Positions 11,417 to 24,400 of a stretch of 64,000 bases of DNA are shown here, in pieces. The stretch is from Catajapyx aquilonaris (taxonomy: Eukaryota). Every line of letters begins with the position of its first letter. Positions within the stretch are counted from its first letter, which is position 1. The position numbers and the translations under genes were made by a program. Where the stretch lies: assembly GCA_000934665.2 (NCBI GenBank), contig JYFJ02001961.1:1-64000 (forward strand), given 5' to 3'. The notes under the pieces are model-generated. The model worked only from the letters and a program-made list of their open reading frames with translations, did no database searches and was not told the DNA's origin.

Positions 11417-11576
11417 GTGAGAGGAAACGGGAAAACCCCGAGAAAATCCACGTGAACACGGAGAGAACCCATCGAAACTCTATCCACATAAGCATCATCT
11501 GTCCGATCCGGGGATCGAACTCGGGACCTTAGAGGTGGAAGGCTGTGGCACTAACTACTACACCACCGTGCCACCC
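11417..11576 (-). mobile_element. V-SINE-like element (tRNA head plus V-domain-like core)
   Basis: Minus strand GGGTGGCACGGTGGTGTAGTAGTTAG...GAGTTCGATCCC followed by GTTCTCTCCGTGTTCACGTGGATTTTCTCGGGGTTTTCCCGTTTCCTCTCAC. Confidence 0.7.
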
Positions 11577-14500
11577 TGTGTTTTATGATATAAATGATCT
11601 ATGATCGTATCGGGGGATGCAGATTATTCTGAGCAACACGGTGGCACTCGCACGTTATATTTCATCGCGGAACCTCTATTTGAAGTGGAATATCGCTGTT
11701 TGTTGTGACACACGTCCGTAATCTAATAACAATAAGTCATCAACATCAAGGGTGATGCACTTCCTAGTTAACGGGGGGAAAGGGAGCGAAGTTACGTGTT
11801 ATCAACCCAAGAAACCAGTTTAAAGATTATCAGCACAAGGGAATGTCACCCAGCTTGTTTTAAAGAATTGAAACAACAACTGATAAAACGGAAGTCCTGA
11901 TTATCAAAACTATAGAATGTTGCAAATAGTTACAGTAAAACGGGCTTTTATTCAGCGGAAACCTGTACATAACAGCATTTTAGTTTGGTCCCAAAATTGG
12001 ATTTTCAATGCATTTCTGCCTATGAATAATTGGGAACCTGTTCAGTACGAAAAGATCGTTTACAACCCCTTCATCTGCCAAAGTTTTTTGGTGGAAATTG
12101 TTCAAATTAATGCCAGATAAATTGAAAGTCATTTTGGTTATGCGAATATCCTCATTTCTAATTCTCCGTTTTGCAATTTTTCCATAATTTTCAAATCACG
12201 ACAAGAGGCCCAAGTAATGTAATGTAGTTTTAGTTTTACCTTATTTTTCAAACAGTAGTTTTTTCGCTATATATTTTTTTTGTATACTCGTACATTCGAC
12301 ATCTCCCGTTGTCAGTGTTCACTTCCTCCTCGGTAGAATATTATGGACATACCCAAGTATTAGACAATTAAATTGTTAATTCTTGTCCCCTTGTGACGTC
12401 ACCTTGCCTTCACTTTCCTTAGAGGCCAATAGCCAAAAAGTCCATAAGACGATAAGGTCATGACTCTGATGCAAGCTAGCCAGCATCAGGTCATCGCTTT
12501 ATGAACCGAGCCCCAAATGGACTTGTCCAGCATTAACCCTCTTTCTCTTATATGATTTTTGGAAGACTTCTGAGTCTGGCAACCACCCCCTCCTTCCCCC
12601 CTCCGTTTTTGGCCTTGGGGCCCGTATCTGATGGAAAATGTTGGGCAAATCCCGTAGAAAAGGCGAACAGATTTATAGAATGAGTCGCTGGCAGGTCCAG
12701 GCTTCCGCTTCCACGTCCACTTTGAATTCCAAATAGCTAATTTCACTAAAGGAGGAAGAAGGGTCGAAGCGAATCGATCCCAACGGGGATTCTCTGCCAT
12801 GCGATGAAAGTGAAATGGCTCGAAAAATATACTCCCATGCAATTTATCGAAAATGATAGATATCAGTTGGATTTAAGAAAATCGCCCTAATACTGGACCT
12901 CCCATACTTTATCGTCCATCCAATAAATTATGAATTGGAGGGAATAAGGATGAAGGGAGGGAAGGAGGGCGGGAGGGGATTCAGAGGGACTTTGAGGTTC
13001 CTTATATTCGGCCACCCCACCCAATCCCCACCCATCCCCCCCTTCCCTAATCCGAGATTGTTAAAGTTCAGGGCCAAAAGCCCACCAGCAGACCTGTCCT
13101 CCCAGTTATTAAAGCGATTTATGGGCCTTGGTCAATTCCAGCTGCAAGGAAGAGAAGCTCTTCCATTTATTCCCCTCTCTGCCTGATCAACTTGGCCCGC
13201 TTCTTCACCATACCCATCCACTCTGCCTCCTTTTTATGTTTACGGCTCTATTTTCCACCCCATTTCGATTCGCCTGCCACCGCCCCGAATCAGCGCCCAA
13301 GGATCATGGGAGAGAAGACCCCATTCACACACCCTACGAATAAGATGCATTCACACTGTTTGTTATTATTGAGAGGACATACACCAAAAAATCCAAGTGC
13401 AATAAACCAAAGATCATAAAAATGGCTCATTATGAATCTTCGGGATAGTATTCCGACAAAAATGGTCCATATGTGAACGAGTTCAGTTCAAGGTTGATTT
13501 CCTTTCCGATGTAATCTTATCTCCTGACTCTGCAATTTAGTAATAAGCGGTACATACTCATGCTCACACGCGCTGACATCGGGGGCTGAGCACTAGCCAA
13601 GAGGGCGTCTTGGCAGTTGGACAAAGTCCACAAAAACATTGTTTAACCCGAGAGCAACTCGAATGCATCTTGATACAGCTTAAGGCGAGTCTAATCACGG
13701 GATCGAAATTAACCGCGAACTCTGAACTCAGTTTGGCGAAACTTGCACGTGTGCGATCTTTCTTGTCACTCTGCCAATATCTTTCCCACGTGCAATGTAA
13801 GTGCAATGCCGCGCTCCAGACATTGTTTCAACCAGCCTGACATATTTATGACCGTTATATGTACTGTGCATAAGGTGTAACCGGTTGTAACTTCGGTGCT
13901 GGACCGTCAAGTGCTCACGTATTAGGTGACCTTCAGTCGAAAATGCTGAGTCGACTGAATGGATAGGGTTGCACAGAAATTAGCTTAGATGGAAAATATG
14001 GCGGATGTGGGGTAGGGCAGGTATGGGGCGAGACAATGCGGAGTTTCATAAAATCATATATATGATCTGCAAAGTATACAGACGACTATGATCTTTGTAC
14101 TATTGCGACAGAAAAATGAGCAGGAAAAGAGCTGTCCTGAAGGGTGATTCTGGGTAGAGGGGGACCGATTCCCTCCACGTTTGCTGCCGAAAGGGAAGAC
14201 AGATCCAGCAGGAGGCCAACAATCAGGAGCGCATTGTTTGAGGAGAAAGAAGTTAGAGGGGGAAAAAGAAAGAAGTCAGGAGGGAGCAATCGCCATGAAT
14301 CATGCACCACTTCCATCAGCAAATCATTCCGCTCGGCAAACCGAGTCGTCCGATTTCCACAGTATACACCATCCTATCCTTTACTTAGCCTCTACCAGGT
14401 ATGAGTTAATGGTTAGAAATTTTGCAAACATTCTATGAAAATTTAGGCCAAAATTGCTATAGGGTTGGCTTCAGGCTGAGGTATTAGGCAGTCAACAAGG

Positions 14501-15766
14501 AGCTCTCCGTTGGTCAAGTTTGCAGAGGGCGACCCTTCTTGATCCTTCAATAAAAAAGAAGGAGCAACGTTGGAAAGAGGGGAAAGCCCCTGGGGCTGGA
14601 TCCTAATGCAATAGTTTTGAAATTCCGGGCAGTGTTGATCGCATTCGGATGCTGTAGAAGTGAAAAGGACCAGGAGTCCAGCTTTTATTTGCTCCGGTGC
14701 TTCTACCCCTAGAATTGTCAAATGGTTCAATCCAACTGAAGTTTGGCTTGACAAACTTGGCTGTGAAAATAATTAGCAAATGCGGTCAAAAATGTCGATT
14801 ACACTAAAGGCGTGTCTGTGATATACACTCTAGATAGGTGATGTGGAGGGTGGGTAGAGAAGGGTAGGGGATTTGAGGAAAGCTGGTTGACAGCAAGCTG
14901 CAGGAAAAGGAGGGGACGTGAGCGAGCGTTGGGCTTGTTAGTTGAGTGCTGACTTGCCCTCGTCATCGTCATCGTCGACAGGCCCAACCCCCCATTTAGC
15001 ACACTTCACTTGTCACAAACTTTGCGCTAATGATCCCGCCAACGCGTCTTCATCGCCCTCAGTCCTAGAGTTTGGGAGGGTGGCAAAGAGCTGGTGCCAT
15101 CCAGATGTACACTCGATTCAAAGCCTATATAATAATATTAATCATAGGCCTATATGACGCCCTGCATCGATTTTCATAACTCACTCCACGATCTTTTGAT
15201 TTATCCGCAATCGATACTGATTCTTAGTGTGCTCCAGTAGACCTGTAGGCTACATGATTGAATTGAACGATAATGCTGTTAGGAAGGCGGGCCTAAGTGG
15301 GAAAAGATGAGTGTGCGTGTATGGCGGATTAGCAAAAAGGCCCGCTTTGATAGTGTGCAAGTGAGGCGCTTTGGGGTGTTAGGGGAACCTGGATGGAGGG
15401 GAACTGATGATCACAGGGTAGGATGGAGGAGTGGGGATCGCTGTTAACCCCATTTGGGTTGTGGCGGGACTCGATTTGTTCTCATCATGTCATGCGCTCC
15501 ATCCATCATCCTCAAGCAGGGAAAGAGCGGCAAGACCCTACCCAACTACACCAGCGGATCCTCTAAACAGTCTAAAGACACCAGCCCCACAGTGTATACA
15601 ACTGCTTTGGGACGTTTACTTACATCAAGGGTTAGGGGGACTCCCGCGACACACTATTCATTACCATGCTTATCAGCAGAGGGTGATACTCATTTTTTGG
15701 AGAGGCCAGAAAATGGTTGTTTTAATATGCGAATTATTATTTGCCAATTATCTGGCTGCCAGTGTA

Positions 15767-15908
15767 CTATGAGGCTCAAATTGTTTCGGCCCCTTTATCC
15801 TGGTCTTGAAGCAACCCTTCCTACAGGCCCCACGGTGAGGAGGTGTATGTGTGTGAATGGTTGCTCCAAGACCAGGATAAAGTGCTCAAAACAATTTGAA
15901 CCCCATAG
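15767..15908. mobile_element. Hairpin MITE family A, copy 1 (about 142 bp, TA-flanked)
   Basis: About 53-bp TIRs CTATG(A/G)GGCTCAAATTGTTT...; similar copies at 21136, 59464 and 60765. Confidence 0.88.
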
Positions 15909-18904
15909 TACACCTCGCACTGATTACTGATTACACCAATGTACATAATTCTGCAAACCAAGATCACGGGCCAAGCTGGACCTGCGTCCGCCTGCGGACT
16001 GTTGGCAGCTTTGTAGGCTGGCTCTACTTCAAGTCCAACTCCACCGGGGAGGGATATGTCCTCCCTCCCTCCATCTCCCCAAGCGTGTCCCCCCCTCATG
16101 TCCACCACCCCCACACAAAAATCCGGACTCCCGACTGGGTTCCGGAACGCGCCTTCGATTCATCACAGCACTTGTGCCGGGGACCTAGGCGAACCAACTC
16201 GGCCAGCAAATATGATTATTGCGGTTTCCTGCCAAGCGTGTTAGGCTGCCCAATCCACCTCTTTCCAATCTGCTGGATGCTGCCAGATATACGCTCCGAT
16301 GAAATACTATAACCATAGGCTGACTATAATATTTTTAAAGGCGTTAGAATTAGATGCGGTGACCATGCTTGAGGTCAACTATATATTTTTTTGGGAGAAT
16401 GGTGACCATGCCACCTGGGCTGGAATAGAAAGTGTGGGAGACGATTCTATCTGGGCGAATCCGGATTTTTTTTTCTTGGTCCGTTCCTTTTCCTGAGAGT
16501 GTGAGTCTGAGGAAGAAGCGGGCGAGAGATAATTCGATAGGAGTTGTGGTGCGGGGAAAAGCAGGCAACTCACGTCCGGCCCAAGGTCCACTCTGACAGC
16601 CGGAGCTCGGGACGCAATTTTTCTAATGCAGCTGATTGTGTTAGAGTGACCACGACACCCATTTGGACGGAAATTCAATCATGTCAACGTCCCACTTTGC
16701 CCACTGCTCCTTCCCCTACCTCCAAAACCCCCCCACACCCAACACTCGCCAATCTACACCCAGTCCCCTTCAATCTGTTCTTCTTGCTATCTCCCCCACG
16801 TAAGATGATCGTCATTGCTATTATTTTGAGACACTCGACGGGGCAGTAACCATACCGCTAGCACGTGCGTGCATGCTTCAAATCGGTATGATAGTGAGGG
16901 GAATTGTTGATAATAGTGCATTGTGCAGGGGGTTAGAAATTGATTAGGGTTGATATTGACATGGATTGCTCACGTTCCTGGCTATGATAGTGCACTATTT
17001 TTTTTGTTTTTGAAGAAATCACTTGTATCATACAGGAGAGTGGTGTCATTGATAAGGGGGGAAAATAATACATTTCCATGCCGTTTTATGCCTGGTTACT
17101 GATCATTCTGTTACATGTTACAATACCTTTTTGTGATCTCTGCTTTGAATACCAATTTGGTCTCCAAGAGTAGTCCCCTTTAGCAAAGAAAAATTCAGTC
17201 TTATAATTTCCTGAGTACAAGATATGCAGAAGATATGTATGAGCAGACCATACCTTTTCCTTACATTCCCTATTTAAGCTATGTTACTGATGACTGTTTT
17301 TAACTGACTGCATGCAGCTAGGTAATTAACTGCACTGACTTTATTACGACATTACGTAGACCTATTCTTTTCATTGTGCTATTTCTCGCCCTCGTCTGAT
17401 TATTGAAAAAGATTATAAGTTATTGCTGCTCTGGAGTTGGCCGATTTGTCCTTATGATAATGCATTTTTGTTACTTGCATAACATCCGCTACATACAGAA
17501 TGTCTTGCAACAAGACGAAATTAGGCTGCAACATGTAGATAAGTGTGAACCCCTGAAAGTCGGAAGCAAATACTATTAAGGTATTATTGAACCATAAGTA
17601 AAATATGAACTCGAATAGAACTGAACTCTGGAACTATCAGAGAGTCACTTGGAATGATTTTCATATCAGTATGAGGATTTTAAACTTGAAGATTGCATTA
17701 TCCCTTAAGATTTTTTCAAATATTTTATATAGGGAACTATCATTGTTCCTGCATAAAACTGACTTGATCACCAGACAGTGCACACTTCGAGTACCGGTAC
17801 TTATTATGCAATACCTAACTCAGTAGGCTGTAGACCAAGATGTGATTCTGATCATGCTGATCAATTATTGTATAAGCTAAGAAATTGTTTCTACACTGAA
17901 GGTCAATCATCAGCCCACGGTTTAACGGATGATATTAATATTGTTGACAGTAATTATAGGTCTATATCATGGCGCAACCATCAGGCCTAAATCGTGCAAT
18001 TTGCTAGCTAAATTCCAGATGAAGATGGAATACGCCATAAGCATGCAATAACTTATCCGGATTGATAAATTTCTTTTGCGATAACTAAAAGGGCTCTAAT
18101 ATACTTGGAACACACGGTATATTGCAAGTCCAGTATACTGCAGGCATACAATGAGGGAAGGCAAGGAGACTCACAAGTCAGTGGTAATGTTCGCATTTAA
18201 GGTTTGCATATATACAGTCCCAACTTCTCGTCTCACATACTGTATGTATAGTAGGAATACTTCTCTGGTGAGATTTCCTCTAGGCCCCTTACTATAGGCT
18301 ACCTATCCGCGGTAACGCATAAAAGATCTTACGTCTATAATATGCACTAGCATCTGAATGTTCCGCCGCCCACGTCGGCGACTCCCTCGATAGTGGACTT
18401 GGCATTATAAATATATAAAAAAATTAACCCCACCAACCATATCAGAATGTCAAAGTTCACACCAGACTTCCCCCAAGATGCATGATGCACTATAGAACTT
18501 TGCTATAGTGTATACACTCACAAGAACAGCAACAACAACAGCTATAGTTAGCAGCAGTTCCTGGGATGATAATAAGTTGTGTATTGCAATAAATTAATGA
18601 CCTGGAATAAACTTTATTCCAGGTGCATGCCCTATACTGTATAGTGGGGACATTAGGAGTGTCAGGTGGACATTTCCGCCGGAAAGGCCCCGGGCAACAT
18701 CGCAACAGCGCGCCAGTGAAAGAGGTCATGAACCTTCCCACCCCATATACCCTCAACACTACACTGGAAAAGCAACATTTTAAAAATATCTGAAAGCGCA
18801 ACTCGATCGTCACCTGATGGAAAATGCGATTCCATACTACTTTTTAAAGATTTAAAAATTATTAAATTCTTTAAAATTATTACAAACTACATTATTTCCA
18901 TATA

Positions 18905-19151
18905 CAGGGTGTTCCAAGTATACCGTACGGGTCGCATTAGTTATAAGTTACAGGAAATTTCGCTAGAAGCTGTTTTTGTGTAGCTAATTGTTGCACCCCA
19001 ATCCAGGTGCCTTATTGTATAGCAAATGCTACATTAGACCACCTGGAAATAATAATTGGGCACCTGGATCGGGGCTCAACATGCTACTTGTACAAAACTT
19101 CTGGCGATATTAGCGATAACTAAAGACGACCCTGATTCTGGGAACACCCTG
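18905..19151. mobile_element. Tc1/mariner-type MITE
   Basis: TA|CAGGGTGTTCC ... GGAACACCCTG|TA. Confidence 0.75.
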
Positions 19152-20299
19152 TATATCATCCTTCTTCCGATGGTACAGGGCTGACCTCTGAATAATATCA
19201 TTAATTCTAAGCCACCATCTGCTCGAAGAGTGGATGAATATGACGCACAGAAATATGATGCATAAAAATCTAACGATATAGTCATTATATCTGTTTTTCC
19301 GGAGGAGATGAGTATGACCAAATAATATTGACTTTAAAATTATACAGTATATAGCACGTTAATAATTAAAACAATTGGATTTAAAAATACTACGAATTGC
19401 GCTCGCGTATTGGAAATGAAGGCATGTTCCATTTCAAAAAGGTGAAAAACAATTAGTAATTTGAACTGCGTCATTCTGGTACAGCCCATAGCTATGCTCT
19501 CCGAGAAGCCAATTCATAAAGCGTGCATGCAGGTACAGTACATTGGAATAGGTGAGCACCCGCGCAGCATCTATCGGGCTACCCCTGTAGAGTTGGTAGT
19601 GGAAGAGAAATCGATAGGTCCGTAGAAGAAATCGGTCAGATCCGCGTATATAAACCCGAGGAGCAATTTGATCCAGCCGGCCTGGTCGGACGGGCGGGGA
19701 GTTAGCCAGCCAGCCAGCCAATGTATAGTTAGAAGAGTATAGTACTACTCCAAGTCGTCGGTCGGTGGGGACCGGGGTTTCAACTTTCCTCGGACTCATT
19801 TGGGCGCAACGGAAAGCAAAGTGGCTCCGGCAGATGTTCCCTTCTATGGCTTCCCTCAGTGATAAACACTTGGCGACGGCTGCCTCCCTCACCATCCAAC
19901 ATTGCTCCCTCGATATATAGCAGGCATTCAACCCACCGTACCTAACGGATATACAATTTATGTCTCTCTCTCTTGTAAGCCTCGTCTCCACTATTGCATC
20001 AGGCAAAGATGTATGTGGTTGAAGTATGTAACTACTTAGATTTGAAAAGATGCGACGATAAAGTATAGATGCCTTGAGCAATAATCTATGTGTATTCTTG
20101 TTTTTAAATTGTATAATGACCGAGCAGATATGGCGGCCCCTTATCTATAGGCCCAGGGCACGTCATGGCCGGGGCACCTCGACGTTGGAAAAAGGAAACG
20201 CTGGAGAATTCATCCTGGGCGTTAGATAACCGGTGTGCCTCTCCTGTTTTACCTACCGCCCTATATAAGGAGCAAAGGATCGGACTGGTCAACCGTGCG

Positions 20300-20300
<1 letters not shown>

Positions 20301-20370
<70 letters not shown>
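20301..20370. repeat. (TAA)n microsatellite
   Basis: About 23 perfect units. Confidence 0.95.
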
Positions 20371-20373
<3 letters not shown>

Positions 20374-20420
20374 GTATAGTGCGTACCTCAGAGAGGTTTT
20401 TCCCGGACTCGCATTGATTA

Positions 20421-20869
20421 AAATAAATTAAATTAGCTACCCCGTGCTGGAGCCATTGGCTCCCTTAAGGGGGTGGAATACCACCATATTTCTTACGAAT
20501 TTTCTTTCGCATTTTTCTCTCGGGTGTAGGGATCAGGATAGGGATTTGTGAGGAGGGGATACTGGTGCAAGTGTGTCTTAATGTTGGGGGTCGTGTGCAG
20601 TCCCCTAGGGGGTCAGGTTGCAAGACAACCCCCTAGGTGCGGGTCAGACACATCCCACCGACACCGCACCTCCCCATAGATGGGTCAAGGATAGGAAAGG
20701 AAGGGGGCGGCTGTGGTCTATTATTTACGGAAGCGACCCCGGAAGTTTCCTGGGGGGACCGTAGGAAACCACAGATAACCACGGTCAGGATCGTCGGCCG
20801 CGGGACTCGAACCCAGGACCTCCCGATTAGCAGTCGGACGCCTTATCCACTCCACCAACCTGCATCGGT
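20421..20869 (-). mobile_element. tRNA-derived SINE (same family as 11059-11350, longer copy) with 15-bp TSD
   Basis: Same head and core; GACT(C/T)GCATTGATTA at 20406-20420 and 20870-20884. Confidence 0.88.
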
Positions 20870-21135
20870 GACTTGCATTGATTATACCGAAGTATAACTT
20901 ACAGCTTACACGTATTGGACCTTTTTGTGAGGTGAGTGGAAGGGGAGGTGCAAAGTGAAAGTGCAATAAATAATAAATAATAATTGTGGGTAGTGCTTCT
21001 GACCCCTTGGGTACAAGCACGGACCTTTATTTTAGCCATTCGTACATAGCGGGACCTTTCGCGAAACGCCCGAGCCCACGGGCAGGGTAACAGGAGGGGA
21101 TGTGCAATGTGCAGTGCAAAGTTTCTAATATGGTA

Positions 21136-21279
21136 GTATCGGGTTCAAATACTTTTGGCCACTTTATCCTGGTCTTGAAGCAACCCTTCGCACAGACCCC
21201 ACGTTAAGGAGGTGTGTGTGTGTGTGAAGGGTTACTTCAAGACCAGGATAAAGTGGCCAAAAGTATTTGAACCCGATAG
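21136..21279. mobile_element. Hairpin MITE family A, copy 2 (variant arms)
   Basis: TATCGGGTTCAAATACTTTTGGCC ... GGCCAAAAGTATTTGAACCCGATAG, TA-flanked. Confidence 0.88.
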
Positions 21280-21289
21280 TACATAGTTT

Positions 21290-21453
21290 GTGAACTCCCC
21301 CGGGTGGATATGTCTAGCGGAAATTCCACCCGAGACGAAGCCAGAGACGACCCAACTCTGCACAAGATGAAGGGGGTGACCCCGGGCTGGGATCGAACCC
21401 GGGACCTTAACATCCATGGGCGCATACGTTACCTCAGCGCCACTCCGTCTCCC
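21290..21453 (-). mobile_element. Third tRNA-derived SINE-like head
   Basis: Minus-strand A-box GTGGCGCTGAGG and B-box GGTTCGATCCC; CCACCCGAGACG...GACCCAACTC is repeated near 21326 and 21512. Confidence 0.55.
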
Positions 21454-24400
21454 TGGTGAAAGTGCAATGTTGTTACTTCCATTTTCCCAAGGTGGTTAGT
21501 CTCCAGAAATCCCACCCGAGACGGACCAGAGATGACCCAACTCACGTTGCCGCAGCTCCATTCCGCTTCTTCCGGTGCCACCTTGAGATGGAGCCAGTCA
21601 TTGTACAATTTTGCTGTCATGAATAGTTCAGTACCGGTATGCGTAGTGTTGTAATGATATCGGGTTGTAGGGGAGAGGTTGGAATAATCTAGAACAAATT
21701 TCCTTCATGAAAGTAGCATGCAGTTTATGCAATCCCGACGACTCTCACAAAAAATGGTCTTGATCAAATAGCTTCAATCAGATATTAACTATTAAATGAT
21801 AATTTTTTCCAGGTTTCTTTTCATGACTCGGAATATATTAGCAGACTAGCAGTAGACTCAACATAATAAGGTTATTTCAATATATGGCAGGATTGAATAG
21901 TTCATGCGGAATTCCTACCCGAGTAAATTCGCGATGCCAAATATGAGGAGCTCGCGTTAAAAAAAAACTCGGGTTTTCCACTAGTACCGATATTGAGTTA
22001 GAGATATATGGAATCACTATTTTATGAATAAGCTCTATATACATCCTGCACTAATCAGGTCTGTTAAAAAAAGCCACGTCTATCTCTTACGTTACAGGCT
22101 GTAGATTTACTATATTGATCACTCAATCCAGCCAGAGGTTGGCCATATATTAATATTGCAAATCGGTTTCAATAAAAATGCTTTTCTGACATAACTTACG
22201 TTCAAACCGAATGCAGTTTGTCCATGACGATGTGACTCATTGTCGCCAAGGTGACAGTGAGAACAGTTTTTTAATATACTTTGGACCATAACACTACTAT
22301 AATATTGGTGTTGCTGTAATTTGTATTGCAAATATCCGCAGTTACATTATCGGTAGCTATTCGGATGTTTTTCGCGTGTAATACTGTAACTTATAATATG
22401 ACTCGAGAAGAACAAAGTGTATTTTTAACGCGAGCTCCACATATCGGTCATATACTGTATATGAATGAGTGTGTGCATTCTTCTTCGTATAGACTACTAC
22501 TATACCAACTATAAAACCTGTTTTATGCAAATATCATGTTTTTATTAATGGCACGAAATAAGCTCAGATCTTATGAAGTGAATTACAACTAAACAAATAA
22601 TCATAATATAATATGAACATCCCTCTCTGTACCATCCAATGGTATTGAGCTACATGCAGTATATATAGCAGCCGTATAGCAACTATAGGAGAGCATTGAT
22701 AGGCGGGCTTGAATGCAGCATCCACCGGCCAGATGAGGCTGATTCCCACTCAACTCCGGCAAAGGCCGAACGAATCCAATTGCATTAATAAGAGCCTGAC
22801 GGCGTAATGTCATTTTTCAGCTCGAACAATTTTTTCCCTCCTCCCACTTTTTCATGGCGGGTGCTCGCCCCCCCCCCCTACCCCACTGATTGTGTCTAAT
22901 TACGTTTTCCGGGACGCGGTAATTGTGAAAAAGGCTCCAGATGCTACCTCCCTTTGATCCCGAAACATTTCGTTAAACGTCTCATTGGGAGCGATCAGTT
23001 GGAAACGACGAGCCGCAACCACGTTACGACACTTTGCCTCTCCTCTGCCTTACCTCACCCCTTTATCATGGGCTACGTAACTCAAGAGTCGGCAGTATAC
23101 AGCGTGTGTCAAGTGTAATTGAACTATATAATTATGCAATAATATCAGCACCAGGTTTAGCATTAGCGGGAAGATTGTTGATGAATCATTCTATAGAAGG
23201 TATAGATAAAACTATTTTATCTTTCAGAAGATTCGCTACCGGGGATACCCACGAGTATGAAAGATATAATAAGAAATCCTTATCTACAGGCAAAAAGGGC
23301 ACGTGCTGCTGTATTGTTCATATACTTTTTATGTCCCGCCATTTCACATTTTGATACTTTGTAAACGAGCACCATACACTGTAGGCATACTGTTTATGCA
23401 CCCAGTATATACTCTCATTCATTTGCTCATCGTTAGCGTGTATGTAGCAAAAAAATAAGGTTATCAGCATTTTCACAAGCATGAAAGGCCTCTTATCTTT
23501 ATGCACTGACCAAAAGTCACCACAATATCTGAAAACTGCACGACACAGAACTTTGCTATTTCTGATTTGAGATGTGTACTTTTCATTCACTCAAATCAGA
23601 TCAGTACTTATATACAGTATAGGAAAAGGTCGGAACAATGTACTATACCTTGTAAACATATCTACAGTATATGCTGGCCTAAGAAATTTGCGATGAAAAA
23701 CAGAAAAATGCAGGTCAAATGAATGGTGCAATAATCTAAATTGTCAGTCACTATGATATAAGTTATATAGGTATAGATTTCTGAAATTATGTAGATTCAA
23801 ATATTGAAAATGCATCTTCGATGGATCAAGATATAAACTACTAATTAAATCAGGCTATCTTAACATTGTTGCCTGCATAATATGGGACCTTATATCGTGG
23901 ACCGCGATACAGGTGACAACAATAAACTTTTTGACAATGACAATATTAGGATGATTCTGATGAATAAAAATGATAGATGACATTATTTTATCAGAATTTT
24001 ATCTCAGAATCGCTAAACACGACACAATGTACGAGAAGCGGTCGTCGGAACCAAAACCGATGATGGCGGAGCAGGAAGAAACGTTAGCCTCCGCTGCAGC
24101 AAGATGGGAAATGGAATAGAATTTAGTGACACTTTCTTCACTTGACAGATTGCCTCTCAGCCTCCATACCAAGTGGCAAAGACAAACGAGTTTCCGTCAG
24201 CGCAACGACCTTTCCACTATACACGACGCCAATAAACATCTCCAAGAGTGTCTCCATCACAAATTATTATGGAGATGACCTTGCCTATTTAATCTATGCA
24301 TTCGCTTCGCCACGAGAAATGAGTCCATGATATACAGAATAGGAGTGGAGCCCATCAGATGGGCGTGTAGATTGAAAATAGAACGCTTTCAGTTTTCTTG

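Noticed and set aside
19434..20081. 215-aa minus-strand ORF
   Set aside because: Non-ATG start, no domain or splice support; likely chance
20165..20431. ORF with a poly-Ile tract
   Set aside because: Translation of the (TAA)n microsatellite
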